Source: Fusobacterium paranimalis (GTDB lineage Bacteria; Fusobacteriota; Fusobacteriia; Fusobacteriales; Fusobacteriaceae). From it: a stretch of 64,000 nt of DNA. The stretch lies in NCBI GenBank assembly GCA_965278035.1, contig OZ256152.1, positions 767,389-831,388 of the forward strand, read 5' to 3'. The position numbers were made by a program, and so were the translations under genes. Under the pieces are notes generated by a model, which was given only the letters and a program-made list of their open reading frames with translations, was not told where the DNA came from and searched no databases. This document shows positions 1-9,781 of the stretch, piece after piece (within the stretch, counting starts at the first letter, position 1; every line of letters begins with the position of its first letter).

Positions 1-50
1 AGTAAAAGTAGCAATAATATATTCTTTTTCATTTTAAATCCCTTTCCTTT

Positions 51-938
51 TTAAAATTTATACTTAAAACTTGTAGTATAAACACTTTCGTAATTTCTAT
101 TATTTAAACTTTTTCTAACTTCTCCTCCTAAAAATACCTCAAAAGTTTCTTTTTTAGCTGTTACTCCTACTTTTATCCCTAATTTTTCTTTATCTTCTTT
201 TTTACTACTATCTTTAAAAGTATATTTATAGCTAGTTTCTATACTAGGAACTACGCTCATATCATATATTTCATATTCTTTTTGATACTTTAATGAAATT
301 TTGCCATCAGTTTTTCTTACTTTTTCTTTATTTTCTCTTATGGCATTAAATTCTAAATCATAAGAAAATTTACCCTCTAAATCATATAAATAGAAATCTT
401 GCCCATAAGCTGCTGTTAAACCTATATATTCTTTCTTCAAATTTTTTAAACTACTTTTATTCTTTAATGTTTGCTTCATATATATTGGAGATATATACAA
501 TCTCTCATCTTCTTTTTGTATTCCAAAAATTAAATTTATCTGATGTTTATTCCCTGAAAATCTTTCATCTTCTTTAGAATAATTCATCTTATATGAATTA
601 AAATTAATTCCATATACAGTTTCATCATAATTATTTAAAATTGAAACTCCTCCACCAATATTATTTACTTTATCAACTGATAAATAAGACAGATAAGGAG
701 TAATTTCTATATCCTTATCCAAATCTTTTTCTATAAAGAACTTATGTGCAATAGAATTAACATTATCTATTGTTAAATAACTATCTTTATGCAAGATATT
801 CTTTTTCTCCTTTAAATTAACACCAGATAGATTAACATTTGCATTTAAAAATCCTCTTCCATCATTTTCTACTTCCATTTCTGCAAACACAGAAATAGAT
901 AAGATTAAACCTAATATTCCACATTTTTTTATATACAT
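51..938 (-). CDS. Outer-membrane beta-barrel protein (signal peptide, C-terminal ...FKYKF)
   Basis: The N-terminus is hydrophobic and signal-like (GILGLILSISVFA). The sequence shows alternating amphipathic beta-strand character and ends in an aromatic residue (F), as outer-membrane beta-barrels typically do. It is divergent from the ABC importer operon, and motif 1 lies in its 5' leader. Confidence 0.45.
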   Translation of the reverse strand: MYIKKCGILGLILSISVFAEMEVENDGRGFLNANVNLSGVNLKEKKNILHKDSYLTIDNVNSIAHKFFIEKDLDKDIEITPYLSYLSVDKVNNIGGGVSILNNYDETVYGINFNSYKMNYSKEDERFSGNKHQINLIFGIQKEDERLYISPIYMKQTLKNKSSLKNLKKEYIGLTAAYGQDFYLYDLEGKFSYDLEFNAIRENKEKVRKTDGKISLKYQKEYEIYDMSVVPSIETSYKYTFKDSSKKEDKEKLGIKVGVTAKKETFEVFLGGEVRKSLNNRNYESVYTTSFKYKF

Positions 939-952
939 ATTCTCCTCCTTTT

Positions 953-971
953 AGTATGGTTATACCATACA
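953..971. promoter_or_regulatory. Operator-like palindrome, motif 1 (AGTATGG-N5-CCATAC) in the leader of the outer-membrane protein gene
   Basis: The sequence agtatggttataccataca lies immediately upstream (minus sense) of the Shine-Dalgarno sequence of gene 51..938. Confidence 0.4.
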
Positions 972-987
972 AATATAATAAAAAAAA

Positions 988-1227
988 TTATTTATTTTTA
1001 ATTTCTTTTAATAGCTTTTCAAACTCTTTCTTGATTTCAACTTCATTTACTGCTACATTAAATCCTGATTTAAAAAAATAAAACTTAATTTTTTCTAAAT
1101 ACTCAATTTGTATATCAGTTAAATTTTGAAAAATATTACTTTCTATTTCAGCTAATTCTTTCATAATTTCAGAATAAATATTGTAAAAATATATATCATA
1201 TGTAACATCTATTTTATTTTTCTTCAT
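988..1227 (-). CDS. Hypothetical small protein
   Basis: 79-aa ORF with an upstream AAGGAG-like Shine-Dalgarno sequence. No recognisable domain. Confidence 0.3.
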   Translation of the reverse strand: MKKNKIDVTYDIYFYNIYSEIMKELAEIESNIFQNLTDIQIEYLEKIKFYFFKSGFNVAVNEVEIKKEFEKLLKEIKNK

Positions 1228-1579
1228 AAATATCTTCTCCTTTTACTCTATAAATTAAAATTAAATTGACTTCTTAAAAAAGTATATAATTTACTATGTT
1301 TTATGTCAAGAAAATGAACGAATAACTCATCAAATGATACTTTTAGGAAATTTTCTTTTTATTAAGATTATATCATTTATTTTATATATCTAACTACTAA
1401 AAAACATTTTCTTTAATACTTATCTATAAAAATTTATTTATATGCTATACAAAATAAAAAAATAAATATTTTTTTAATATATTATAATATTTTGATAATT
1501 TAATCTTTACAAAATCAAGATTAGTGTATATAATATAAAAGGTAGATTATAATAGAACAAAAAAATTAGGAGGAGTGTT

Positions 1580-2722
1580 ATGAGATTAAAAACAATACTT
1601 AAAAGTATTTTTATAGTTCTATGTTTTTCTTTTTTATTCATTAGTTGTGGAGAAAAAAAGGAAACAGAAGAAGTTGTAAATGATACAGCAGAAAAAATTA
1701 CTTTTATAGATTTAGCAGGAAGAGAGGTTACTTTAGATAAACCAGCTGATCGTATTTTCTTAGGATTTTATGAAGAATCTTACTTAGCTGTCGCTAAAGA
1801 TTTTAGTAAAGTTGTTAGTATTTCAAAAGCAGAATGGGCAGATTTTTTTACAGGACAATATAAGGCTTATGAAGAACAAATGCCTTCTATTAAAGATATG
1901 ATAGATACAGGTTCTATATATAAAGCTTCTTTTAGTATGGAAACTTTATTAAATTCAAGACCTGAAGTTGCTATTTTAGCCCCATTTCAATATGAAACCT
2001 TAGCAGAAAATATCAAAAAGTTAGAAGATTCTGGAATTAAAGTAGTTGTAATAGATTATAATTCACAAACTTTAGAAAAACATATGCAAAGTACAAGAAT
2101 CTTAGGAATGATAACTGGAAATCAAGAAAGAGCAGAAAAATTAGCTTTAAATTATGAAAAAGCAGTAAAAGAAGTAGAAGAAAGAGTTGCAAAAGTTGAT
2201 CCTAAAAAACGTGTTTATATAGAATTAGGAAATTTAGGACCAAAAGAAATCGGTAATAGTTATGGAGATTATTTATGGGGAAGTTTAGCAAAATCAGCAG
2301 GAGGAAATAATATTGCAGAAGGAAAAGTTGAAAGTTATGGACCTTTAGATCCTGAATTTATTTTATCTTCTAATCCTGAAATGATATTATTTGCTGGTTC
2401 ACGTTGGTCTAATGATGCAGGAGATAGAGTTTTAATAGGATTTAATGTAAATCCAGAAGAAACTTGGGCAAGAATAAAACCATATCTTGAAAGAGCTGGT
2501 TGGGATAAACTAGATGCAGTAAAAAATGGACAAGTTTTTGCAGTGGATCATGGTGGATTAAGAAGTATTTATGATTATGTTTATGTTCAATATATTGCTA
2601 AATCTTTATACCCTGATTTATTCCAAGATATAGATCCTGTTAAAAATTTAGAAGAATTTTATGGAGAGTATCTTCCAGTTAAACCTAATGGAACATTTAT
2701 GACACAATATCAAGTAAAATAA
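1580..2722 (+). CDS. ABC transporter substrate-binding lipoprotein, FecB/siderophore-B12 (periplasmic binding protein 2) type
   Basis: It has a lipoprotein signal with a lipobox (LFISCGEK). At about 380 aa it fits the two-lobe architecture of iron-siderophore/cobalamin binding proteins. It is followed by a FecCD permease and an ATPase. A strong Shine-Dalgarno sequence (AGGAGG) precedes the start. Confidence 0.75.
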   Translation: MRLKTILKSIFIVLCFSFLFISCGEKKETEEVVNDTAEKITFIDLAGREVTLDKPADRIFLGFYEESYLAVAKDFSKVVSISKAEWADFFTGQYKAYEEQMPSIKDMIDTGSIYKASFSMETLLNSRPEVAILAPFQYETLAENIKKLEDSGIKVVVIDYNSQTLEKHMQSTRILGMITGNQERAEKLALNYEKAVKEVEERVAKVDPKKRVYIELGNLGPKEIGNSYGDYLWGSLAKSAGGNNIAEGKVESYGPLDPEFILSSNPEMILFAGSRWSNDAGDRVLIGFNVNPEETWARIKPYLERAGWDKLDAVKNGQVFAVDHGGLRSIYDYVYVQYIAKSLYPDLFQDIDPVKNLEEFYGEYLPVKPNGTFMTQYQVK

Positions 2723-2814
2723 AAAGCTAACATTGAAGTAAAATATAAAAGAGAAAGGACTATTACAAATTTATTTAATGTAACAGTCCTTTTTCTCTAA
2801 AAGAGGAGGATAGA

Positions 2815-3852
2815 ATGGAACATAAATTAACAGGAGAAGAAATGTATAGGAAGATAAATCAGAAAAGAAGATTAACTTCTTTATTTACATTAATTGCTAT
2901 TTTAATTGCATTATTATTTGATTTATTTATTGGTTCTTCTGGAATGAGTTTAAAAGATATTATTGTAGTGTTGTGGCAAGGTCCTGGTGTAAAAAGTATA
3001 GAAACTTCTATTATTTGGAATATAAGATTACCTATGACTTTAATCTGTTTAACAGTTGGAGCTTCTTTAGGACTAGCAGGAACACAAATGCAAACAATTT
3101 TAGCAAATCCTTTAGCAAGTCCTTATACATTAGGAGTATCTTCAGCAGCAGGATTCGGGGCAGCTATTGCATTTATTTCAGGTTTTCCTTTTAAAAATAT
3201 GCCTTGGATAAATGCACCTTTTATGGCATTTATGATGACATTGACAGGAACTATGGCAATTTATTTTTTAGGAAAAGTAAAAGGAATGCGTGCTCAATCT
3301 ATGGTACTTTTTGGAATTGTAACACATTTCTTTTTCCAAGCACTGTTATCTTTGGTTCAATTTCGTTCTACACCAGAAGTAGCAGGACAAATTGTCTATT
3401 GGATGTTTGGTAGTTTATTAAAAGCTACTTGGGTAGGAGTATTTGCAAGTGGTTTTATTTTTATTTTATGTGCTTTATTACTTTCACGTTATGCTTGGAA
3501 GTTAACAGCATTGTCTGCAGGAGAAGAAAGAGCAAAAAGCTTAGGAATTGATACAGATAGAGTTAGATTGCATGTATTTTTAATAAGTTCTTTACTTACA
3601 GCAGGAGCAGTCGCTTTTGTTGGAACTATTGGCTTCATAGGCTTAGTAGCACCTCATTTTGCAAGATATTTTGCAGGAGAAGATCAAAGATATTTAGCTC
3701 CAATGGCTTCTTTATTTGGAGTTCTTCTAATTACATTTGCTTCTATTTTGGCAAAACTTATAATTCCAGGAATAATTATTCCAATTGGAATTGTTACATC
3801 TTTAGTAGGAGTTCCATTCTTAGTATTTTTAATTATAAGGAAAGGTGTTTAA
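2815..3852 (+). CDS. FecCD-family ABC transporter permease
   Basis: 345 aa with about 9-10 predicted TM segments. Typical FecCD/BtuC length and hydrophobicity pattern. Sits between the binding protein and the ATPase. Confidence 0.8.
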   Translation: MEHKLTGEEMYRKINQKRRLTSLFTLIAILIALLFDLFIGSSGMSLKDIIVVLWQGPGVKSIETSIIWNIRLPMTLICLTVGASLGLAGTQMQTILANPLASPYTLGVSSAAGFGAAIAFISGFPFKNMPWINAPFMAFMMTLTGTMAIYFLGKVKGMRAQSMVLFGIVTHFFFQALLSLVQFRSTPEVAGQIVYWMFGSLLKATWVGVFASGFIFILCALLLSRYAWKLTALSAGEERAKSLGIDTDRVRLHVFLISSLLTAGAVAFVGTIGFIGLVAPHFARYFAGEDQRYLAPMASLFGVLLITFASILAKLIIPGIIIPIGIVTSLVGVPFLVFLIIRKGV

Positions 3853-3853
3853 T

Positions 3854-4618
3854 ATGTTACAGTTAGAAATTAAAAATATTGCAGTCAATTATGGAAAAAA
3901 AGAAGTAATAAAAGATGTTAGTTGTATTTTTAATGGAGGAGATGTAATATCTCTTATTGGACCTAATGGAACAGGAAAAACAACTATTTTAAAAGCAATT
4001 GCAAAATTAATTAGTCATCATGGTGAAATTAAAATTATACAGGATTCAGAAGTAAAAACGTTTAGAGAAAGTATTACCTATGTTCCTCAAATGTCAGTCA
4101 ATATAGTAAATTTAACTGTTTTTGAAATGGTACTTTTAGGAAGAGTTAAAGATTTAACATGGAAAGTAGAAAAAGTACATTTAGATGCAGTTGCTCAAAT
4201 TTTAGAAGAATTGCATTTAACTCCTTTGAGTTACACTAAGTTTTCTAGTTTAAGTGGAGGACAAAAGCAAATGGTTATTATGGCACAAGCTCTAGTATCT
4301 GCTCCAAAAGTATTGCTTTTAGATGAACCAACAAGTGCTTTAGATTTAAAGCATCAGTTACAAGTAATGGAAATTGCAAGAAATTATACAAAGAAAACAA
4401 ATGCTATTACAATACTTGTATTACATGATATTGCATTAGCAACTAGATATAGTGATCAATTATTGTTACTTCATGAAGGATATTCTATGAAACAAGGAAC
4501 AGTCCAAGAAGTTATTAGACCAGAACTATTAGAAAAAGTATATGAAGTAAAATTGGATGTTAGCCGTAGTGAAAAAGGATATATTACAGTAACACCAATT
4601 TCTACTATTAATGAATAG
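3854..4618 (+). CDS. ABC transporter ATP-binding protein (FecE/FepC-like)
   Basis: Walker A GPNGTGKTT, ABC signature LSGGQ and Walker B LLLDEPTSALD. The track start (3845) is GTG. The ATG at 3854 follows the permease stop and an AGG Shine-Dalgarno sequence. Confidence 0.9.
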   Translation: MLQLEIKNIAVNYGKKEVIKDVSCIFNGGDVISLIGPNGTGKTTILKAIAKLISHHGEIKIIQDSEVKTFRESITYVPQMSVNIVNLTVFEMVLLGRVKDLTWKVEKVHLDAVAQILEELHLTPLSYTKFSSLSGGQKQMVIMAQALVSAPKVLLLDEPTSALDLKHQLQVMEIARNYTKKTNAITILVLHDIALATRYSDQLLLLHEGYSMKQGTVQEVIRPELLEKVYEVKLDVSRSEKGYITVTPISTINE

Positions 4619-4629
4619 AGGTGGAAATT

Positions 4630-6033
4630 ATGATTTCATTAATACAGTTTTTCTCTTCATCTGTTTTATTGAAACAGGAAAAAACAGAACAAGAGATCCC
4701 AGATAAAAAAACAATAAATAAAGAATATTGGAAAGTAGCATTTCCAGCTGCAATAGAGGGAGTTTTACTAAACTTAATGTTACTTGCTGATTTAATTATG
4801 GTAGGAATGTTAGGTATAGAAAAAGCAGCAGCAGTTGGTATTGTAAGCCAACCAAAAATGATTTTACAAATGATTGTTAGTGCAGCAGGTATTGCAATAA
4901 CTGCAATTGTAGCAAGGAGAAAAGGTGAAGGAGATGAAGAAGGATTAAACAGTTGTATTAAGCAATCTCTTTTATTATTAGGACTTTTATATTTTCTTTT
5001 TGTGTGTCTGAGTTTTATTTTTTCTAAAAATATTGTTTCATTTGCAGGAGCTAATGAAGATTATATAGAATATGCAAGTATTTATTTTCAATACATTGCA
5101 CTTTCTGTTTTTTTTAAGGCTCTATGTGTTGTATTAAGCTCTGCACAAATTGGAGTTGGAAATACAAAAATAGTTTTAATATCAGGAATGATTGGAAATG
5201 CTTTAAATGTGCTTTTAAATTATCTTTTAATTTTTGGAAAATATGGATTTCCTGAAATGGGAATACAAGGAGCTGCTATTGCTACTGTTATTGGAAATGC
5301 GGTTATTTTTGTTATACTTCTATATTCTGTTACAAAAGGTGATTATGGAATCAATATTCTAAAAAAAGGAAGTTATCATTTTACTAAAAAAGTATTAGCT
5401 CCACTTCAAGAAATTGGGACAAACTCTTTCTTAGAACATATTTTTGAAAGAATAGGTTTATTTATTTTTGCTAGAATGATAGCAAGTCTTGGGACAGTTG
5501 CAATGGGAACACATCACTATTGTATTCTTTTATGGGATTTATATTATTATTTTGGAGTTGGAATGAGTTCTGCTAGTGCTTCTTTTACAGGAAGAAAATT
5601 AGGAGAAAAAAGGAAAGACTTGGCTATTCTATATATGAGAGCTGCACAATATTCAGGTTTGTGGATTTCTATTTTTGTAGGGATTATTTTTTATCTGTTA
5701 AAAAATTCTATTTTTTCTCTAATGATTTCAGATGAGCGAGTAATATTATTAGGAAGTAGTGTTATGATGATTATTTCTTTTTTAATTATTCCTCAAACAC
5801 AGGCACAGGTAACAGCTGGAGTATTGCGAGGGGCAGGAGATAATCGTTTTATTGCGATTTATTCTTTATTTATTAGTGCAATATTACGTCCTTGTTTAGC
5901 ATATATATTTGCTTTCGTTTGGAAACTTGGATTGGTAGGAATTTGGATAGCTTTTTTCAGTGATGAATTCTTAAAAATGTTATTAGCACAATATAGGATT
6001 CAAAAAGGAATTTGGTTACAGAAAAAAATATAA
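4630..6033 (+). CDS. MATE-family efflux transporter
   Basis: About 468 aa with about 12 TM helices and the two-half internal repeat typical of NorM/MATE proteins. The track start is GTG (4621). The ATG at 4630 is preceded by a GAGGTGG Shine-Dalgarno sequence. Confidence 0.55.
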   Translation: MISLIQFFSSSVLLKQEKTEQEIPDKKTINKEYWKVAFPAAIEGVLLNLMLLADLIMVGMLGIEKAAAVGIVSQPKMILQMIVSAAGIAITAIVARRKGEGDEEGLNSCIKQSLLLLGLLYFLFVCLSFIFSKNIVSFAGANEDYIEYASIYFQYIALSVFFKALCVVLSSAQIGVGNTKIVLISGMIGNALNVLLNYLLIFGKYGFPEMGIQGAAIATVIGNAVIFVILLYSVTKGDYGINILKKGSYHFTKKVLAPLQEIGTNSFLEHIFERIGLFIFARMIASLGTVAMGTHHYCILLWDLYYYFGVGMSSASASFTGRKLGEKRKDLAILYMRAAQYSGLWISIFVGIIFYLLKNSIFSLMISDERVILLGSSVMMIISFLIIPQTQAQVTAGVLRGAGDNRFIAIYSLFISAILRPCLAYIFAFVWKLGLVGIWIAFFSDEFLKMLLAQYRIQKGIWLQKKI

Positions 6034-6078
6034 GTATTTTATAAAAATTTTTAAAGAAAAGAAGGAGGGTATATAAAT

Positions 6079-6870
6079 ATGTCAAAATCATTATTATTTG
6101 ATTTAAAAGTATTAGAATTTAAATTGAAAGAATCTCTTAAATTATATGAAAATACCAAAATAGAGGCGAACTTTGAACTGCTTAAAACTAATATAGATGA
6201 ATTATGCTCTTTTATTATAAAGAAAGAAAATCATTTAGCCTTTTTTCAAACTGCTGAAAATGAAGATATTAGAGCATATGTTATATCTATTAGAGATTTA
6301 TCTACTAAAATACTTGGTATTATTGAAAAAGAAGAAGCTAGAAAAATATTAGAAGATGCTAATAGTTGTTTTCAATACGGTGAAGAACTCAAACTTACTG
6401 TAAAACAAGAAATTCATGATTATAAAATAACTTCACAAGATCATATTTTGTTTGTAGGCTCTGGGTCTATGCCTATCACTGCATTCACTATTGCAAAAGA
6501 AACAGGAGCTGAAATTACTTGTGTAGATATTGACAAGGAAGCTTTAGACTTATCTAAAAAAGTAGCAATAAAATTAGGATTTCCCAATATCATATTTGAA
6601 AATGAATTATTTTCTTTATCCTTAGATAAGTATTCACATATTATTATTGCTTCTTTAGTTCCTTTAAAATGTGAAATTTTAGAAAATATTCGTAAGACTA
6701 TTCCTGTTACAACAAAATTAATTTTACGTTATGGAAATGAATTAAAAGAATTATTTAACTATCCAATATATCAAAAAGAAATAAAAACTTTTATAAAAAC
6801 AGTTATTAGAGATAGAGATTTTATTTACGATACTCTTCTATTAGAAAAGGAGACTAACTATGGAAAATAA
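6079..6870 (+). CDS. Nicotianamine synthase-like protein (CntL-like metallophore synthase)
   Basis: 263 aa. Contains the motif ILFVGSGSMPITAFTIA, which closely resembles the conserved (V/I)AF(V/I)GSGPLPLTS SAM-binding motif of nicotianamine synthases. That motif and the CntL size of about 270 aa are recalled from memory. A strong Shine-Dalgarno sequence is present. The stop overlaps the next gene start. Confidence 0.65.
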   Translation: MSKSLLFDLKVLEFKLKESLKLYENTKIEANFELLKTNIDELCSFIIKKENHLAFFQTAENEDIRAYVISIRDLSTKILGIIEKEEARKILEDANSCFQYGEELKLTVKQEIHDYKITSQDHILFVGSGSMPITAFTIAKETGAEITCVDIDKEALDLSKKVAIKLGFPNIIFENELFSLSLDKYSHIIIASLVPLKCEILENIRKTIPVTTKLILRYGNELKELFNYPIYQKEIKTFIKTVIRDRDFIYDTLLLEKETNYGK

Positions 6871-8164
6871 CAATATCAATAATGTATTAATTTTTGGAAA
6901 TGGTCCAGTTGCTCTTCATTTATACCTAACTTTAAAAAAGCAAGGTTCTAATAAAGTTGGTTTAAAAATTAGAGATAGTTTAAAAGCTCAAAAGTTTTAT
7001 GAAGAATTGAAAAAAGAACAATTTATTTTAGAAGGAAAGGTTAAAACGCAATTACCAGCAATTGCTTATGGGAAAACTGAAGTAAAACCTATTATTCAAA
7101 GTTCAAAAGAAATACTAGACGAATGGGAAACTTTTATTTTAGCAACTCCTTGTGATGCTTATTCTGACTTATTGGAAAATATCCCATTTACCTCACTGAA
7201 AAAATTGAAAACAATTGTTTTAGTTTCACCAGAGTTAAGTTCTGCTTATTTTATTAAAATTATATTAGAAAAAAGAGGTAGAAATGATATTAATATTATT
7301 AGTTTTTCTAATTATTTTGGAGCAACTAATTTAGCAGAAGGAACTTATACTAAAATTATTATTAATGCCTTAAAAGGAAAGATTTACCTTGCTTCTACTA
7401 ATGTAAATGATACAGAAATTTTAAAATGGGTAAAATATTTAAAAAATATGAAAGTAGAAGGAATTATTTGTAAAAATCCACTTATAGCTGAATCTAAAAA
7501 TATAACTATTTTTGTTCATTCACCATTTTTATTTAATGATGTAAGTTTAAAACAGATTTTTCTCAAGGATAGTCAAAAAAGGTATATTTATAAGCTATAT
7601 CCAGAAGGACCTATTACAAAGTATTCTATTCAAGATATGGTTAATTTATATCATGAAATTATGGAACTGTATAAAAAGATGAAAATAGAAACTTTTAATT
7701 TATTAGAATTTTTAAACGATAGCTACCCTGTATTGGAAGAATCATTACATTTAGATGAAATTAAAAGTTTCACAGATAAGCCCAAAAATGAGCAGATATT
7801 TCTTCTTTATGTGAGATACTGTTGTATTCTAATAGATCCTTATTCAGTTCCTGATGAAGAGGGGAAATATTTTGATTTTTCAAAAGTAGAATATTCTAAA
7901 ATATTTTTGGATAAAGATAGAAAATGGTGTATCCCTCGTAGACCTGCTGAAGATTATTCAAAATTAAATTTATTATTTTATTTAAGTAAATATTATAATA
8001 CAACAAATAGTACAATGGAAAAGTGTTTAAAAAAATATGAATTATTTTATAATGAGTTAGTTTTAGAAAAAGGAATAGAAAATATTAATAAAAGTTGCTA
8101 TCTTCATCAAAGAGATAATGAAGCTAAAAACTTATATTCTTATATAAACAATTTTATTCTTTAA
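6860..8164 (+). CDS. Opine (staphylopine/pseudopaline-type) dehydrogenase-like protein (CntM-like)
   Basis: 434 aa. N-terminal dinucleotide-binding motif (LIFGNGPVALHL). The start overlaps the NAS-like gene by 11 nt, indicating translational coupling. Size and position match the cntL-cntM pairing. Confidence 0.5.
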   Translation: MENNNINNVLIFGNGPVALHLYLTLKKQGSNKVGLKIRDSLKAQKFYEELKKEQFILEGKVKTQLPAIAYGKTEVKPIIQSSKEILDEWETFILATPCDAYSDLLENIPFTSLKKLKTIVLVSPELSSAYFIKIILEKRGRNDINIISFSNYFGATNLAEGTYTKIIINALKGKIYLASTNVNDTEILKWVKYLKNMKVEGIICKNPLIAESKNITIFVHSPFLFNDVSLKQIFLKDSQKRYIYKLYPEGPITKYSIQDMVNLYHEIMELYKKMKIETFNLLEFLNDSYPVLEESLHLDEIKSFTDKPKNEQIFLLYVRYCCILIDPYSVPDEEGKYFDFSKVEYSKIFLDKDRKWCIPRRPAEDYSKLNLLFYLSKYYNTTNSTMEKCLKKYELFYNELVLEKGIENINKSCYLHQRDNEAKNLYSYINNFIL

Positions 8165-8232
8165 TTTAGATTATCCCATTTAATATATTCATTATTAGTA
8201 ATCAATAATATTAAAAAAGGAAGTGAAAATAA

Positions 8233-9387
8233 ATGAAAAAATTTAATTACTTTACATCAGAATTTGTTTCACCAGGACATCCAGATAAAATTTCAGATCA
8301 AATATCAGATGCAATTTTAGATGCTTGTTTAAAAGATGATCCTAATTCAAGAGTTGCCTGTGAAGTTTTTTGTACTACTGGATTAGTTGTTGTTGGAGGA
8401 GAAATAACAACCTCAACATACATTGATGTACAAGATATAGTTAGAAAAAAAATTGATGAAATTGGTTATAGACCAGGAATGGGATTTGATTCTAACTGTG
8501 GTACTTTAAGCTGTATCCATGCACAATCACCTGATATAGCTATGGGTGTAGATGTTGGAGGTGCAGGAGATCAAGGAATAATGTTTGGAGGTGCTGTTAG
8601 AGAAACAGAAGAACTTATGCCATTAGCACTTGTATTATCAAGAGAAATATTAGTAAAACTTACTAATATGATGAAAAATAAAGAAATTAAATGGGTAAGA
8701 CCAGATCAAAAATCACAAGTTACACTAGCTTATGATGAAAATGGAAAAGTTGACCATGTTGACTCTATTGTTGTATCAGTACAACATGATGAAGATGTTA
8801 GTCACAATGAAATTGAAAAAACAGTTATAGAAAAAGTTGTTAAACCTGTTTTAGAAAAATATAACTTAAGTTCTGATAATATAAAATACTATATAAATCC
8901 TACTGGAAGATTTGTAATTGGAGGACCTCATGGAGATACAGGTGTTACTGGTAGAAAAATTATAGTTGATACTTATGGTGGATATTTTAGACATGGTGGA
9001 GGAGCTTTCTCTGGTAAAGATCCTTCAAAAGTTGATAGATCAGCTGCTTACGCTGCTAGATGGGTAGCAAAAAATATTGTTGCAGCAGAACTTGCTGACA
9101 AATGTGAAATTCAATTATCTTATGCAATAGGAATTCCTAAACCAGTATCAATTAAAGTTGACACTTTTGGAACTTCAAAAGTTGATGAAGATAAAATTTC
9201 AGAAGTTGTATCAAAAGTATTTGATTTATCTCCTAGAGGAATCGAAAAAGCTCTTGAATTAAGAGAAGGAAAATTCAAATACCAAGATTTAGCAGCCTAT
9301 GGTCATATAGGAAGAACTGATATTGATACCCCTTGGGAAAGATTGAACAAAGTTGAAGAATTGATGAAATACATCAATAAATGTTAA
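8233..9387 (+). CDS. metK: S-adenosylmethionine synthetase
   Basis: Classic MetK N-terminus ([25 protein letters not shown]), the [19 protein letters not shown] motif and a 384-aa length. Confidence 0.95.
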   Translation: MKKFNYFTSEFVSPGHPDKISDQISDAILDACLKDDPNSRVACEVFCTTGLVVVGGEITTSTYIDVQDIVRKKIDEIGYRPGMGFDSNCGTLSCIHAQSPDIAMGVDVGGAGDQGIMFGGAVRETEELMPLALVLSREILVKLTNMMKNKEIKWVRPDQKSQVTLAYDENGKVDHVDSIVVSVQHDEDVSHNEIEKTVIEKVVKPVLEKYNLSSDNIKYYINPTGRFVIGGPHGDTGVTGRKIIVDTYGGYFRHGGGAFSGKDPSKVDRSAAYAARWVAKNIVAAELADKCEIQLSYAIGIPKPVSIKVDTFGTSKVDEDKISEVVSKVFDLSPRGIEKALELREGKFKYQDLAAYGHIGRTDIDTPWERLNKVEELMKYINKC

Positions 9388-9437
9388 TTATTTCCTAAAT
9401 AACTTTTTTAAACCTAACACCTCTTATTTATATAAAA

Positions 9438-9482
9438 AAGCCAATTGTAGATTTTTTTTAATTTTACATTTGGCTTTTTTTG
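9438..9482 (+). terminator. Putative rho-independent terminator after metK
   Basis: Imperfect stem aagccaattgta / tacatttggctt followed by a T7 run. The loop is long, so confidence is moderate. Confidence 0.4.
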
Positions 9483-9781
9483 TAAATAATATCCCTCATA
9501 GGTATATTCTTTTACTATTCCCAAAGAATTAAAACCTTTTTTCTTAGAATAGATCTTCATTTTTAATGAGGTTAATTTTATAATATTCATAAAAAATCAT
9601 AAAGAAGGAGGGGAAATTAAATTATTGAAATGAAAATAAAAAATAAGTGAAAACTACATTCTAAATCTTAGTTTAAAAATTTAGCTAGTAATAAACTATT
9701 TTTTACTTCATTTGTAAGTTTACAACAATCCTTCTGTTATATAATTCTTAACTTTGTAGTTAAGAGTTACTATTATTACTT

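Noticed and set aside
2973-3413. Track ORFs 2973..3194 and 3204..3413 (+)
   Set aside because: Both lie in alternative frames entirely inside the FecCD permease gene. Their products are low-complexity (S/F/R-rich) with no Shine-Dalgarno sequence.
9596-9650. Strong Shine-Dalgarno sequence (AAGGAGGGG) followed by a 6-codon ORF (MKIKNK) after metK
   Set aside because: It is too short to count as a gene. No downstream plus-strand gene exists that it could regulate. It is probably a fortuitous purine-rich stretch.
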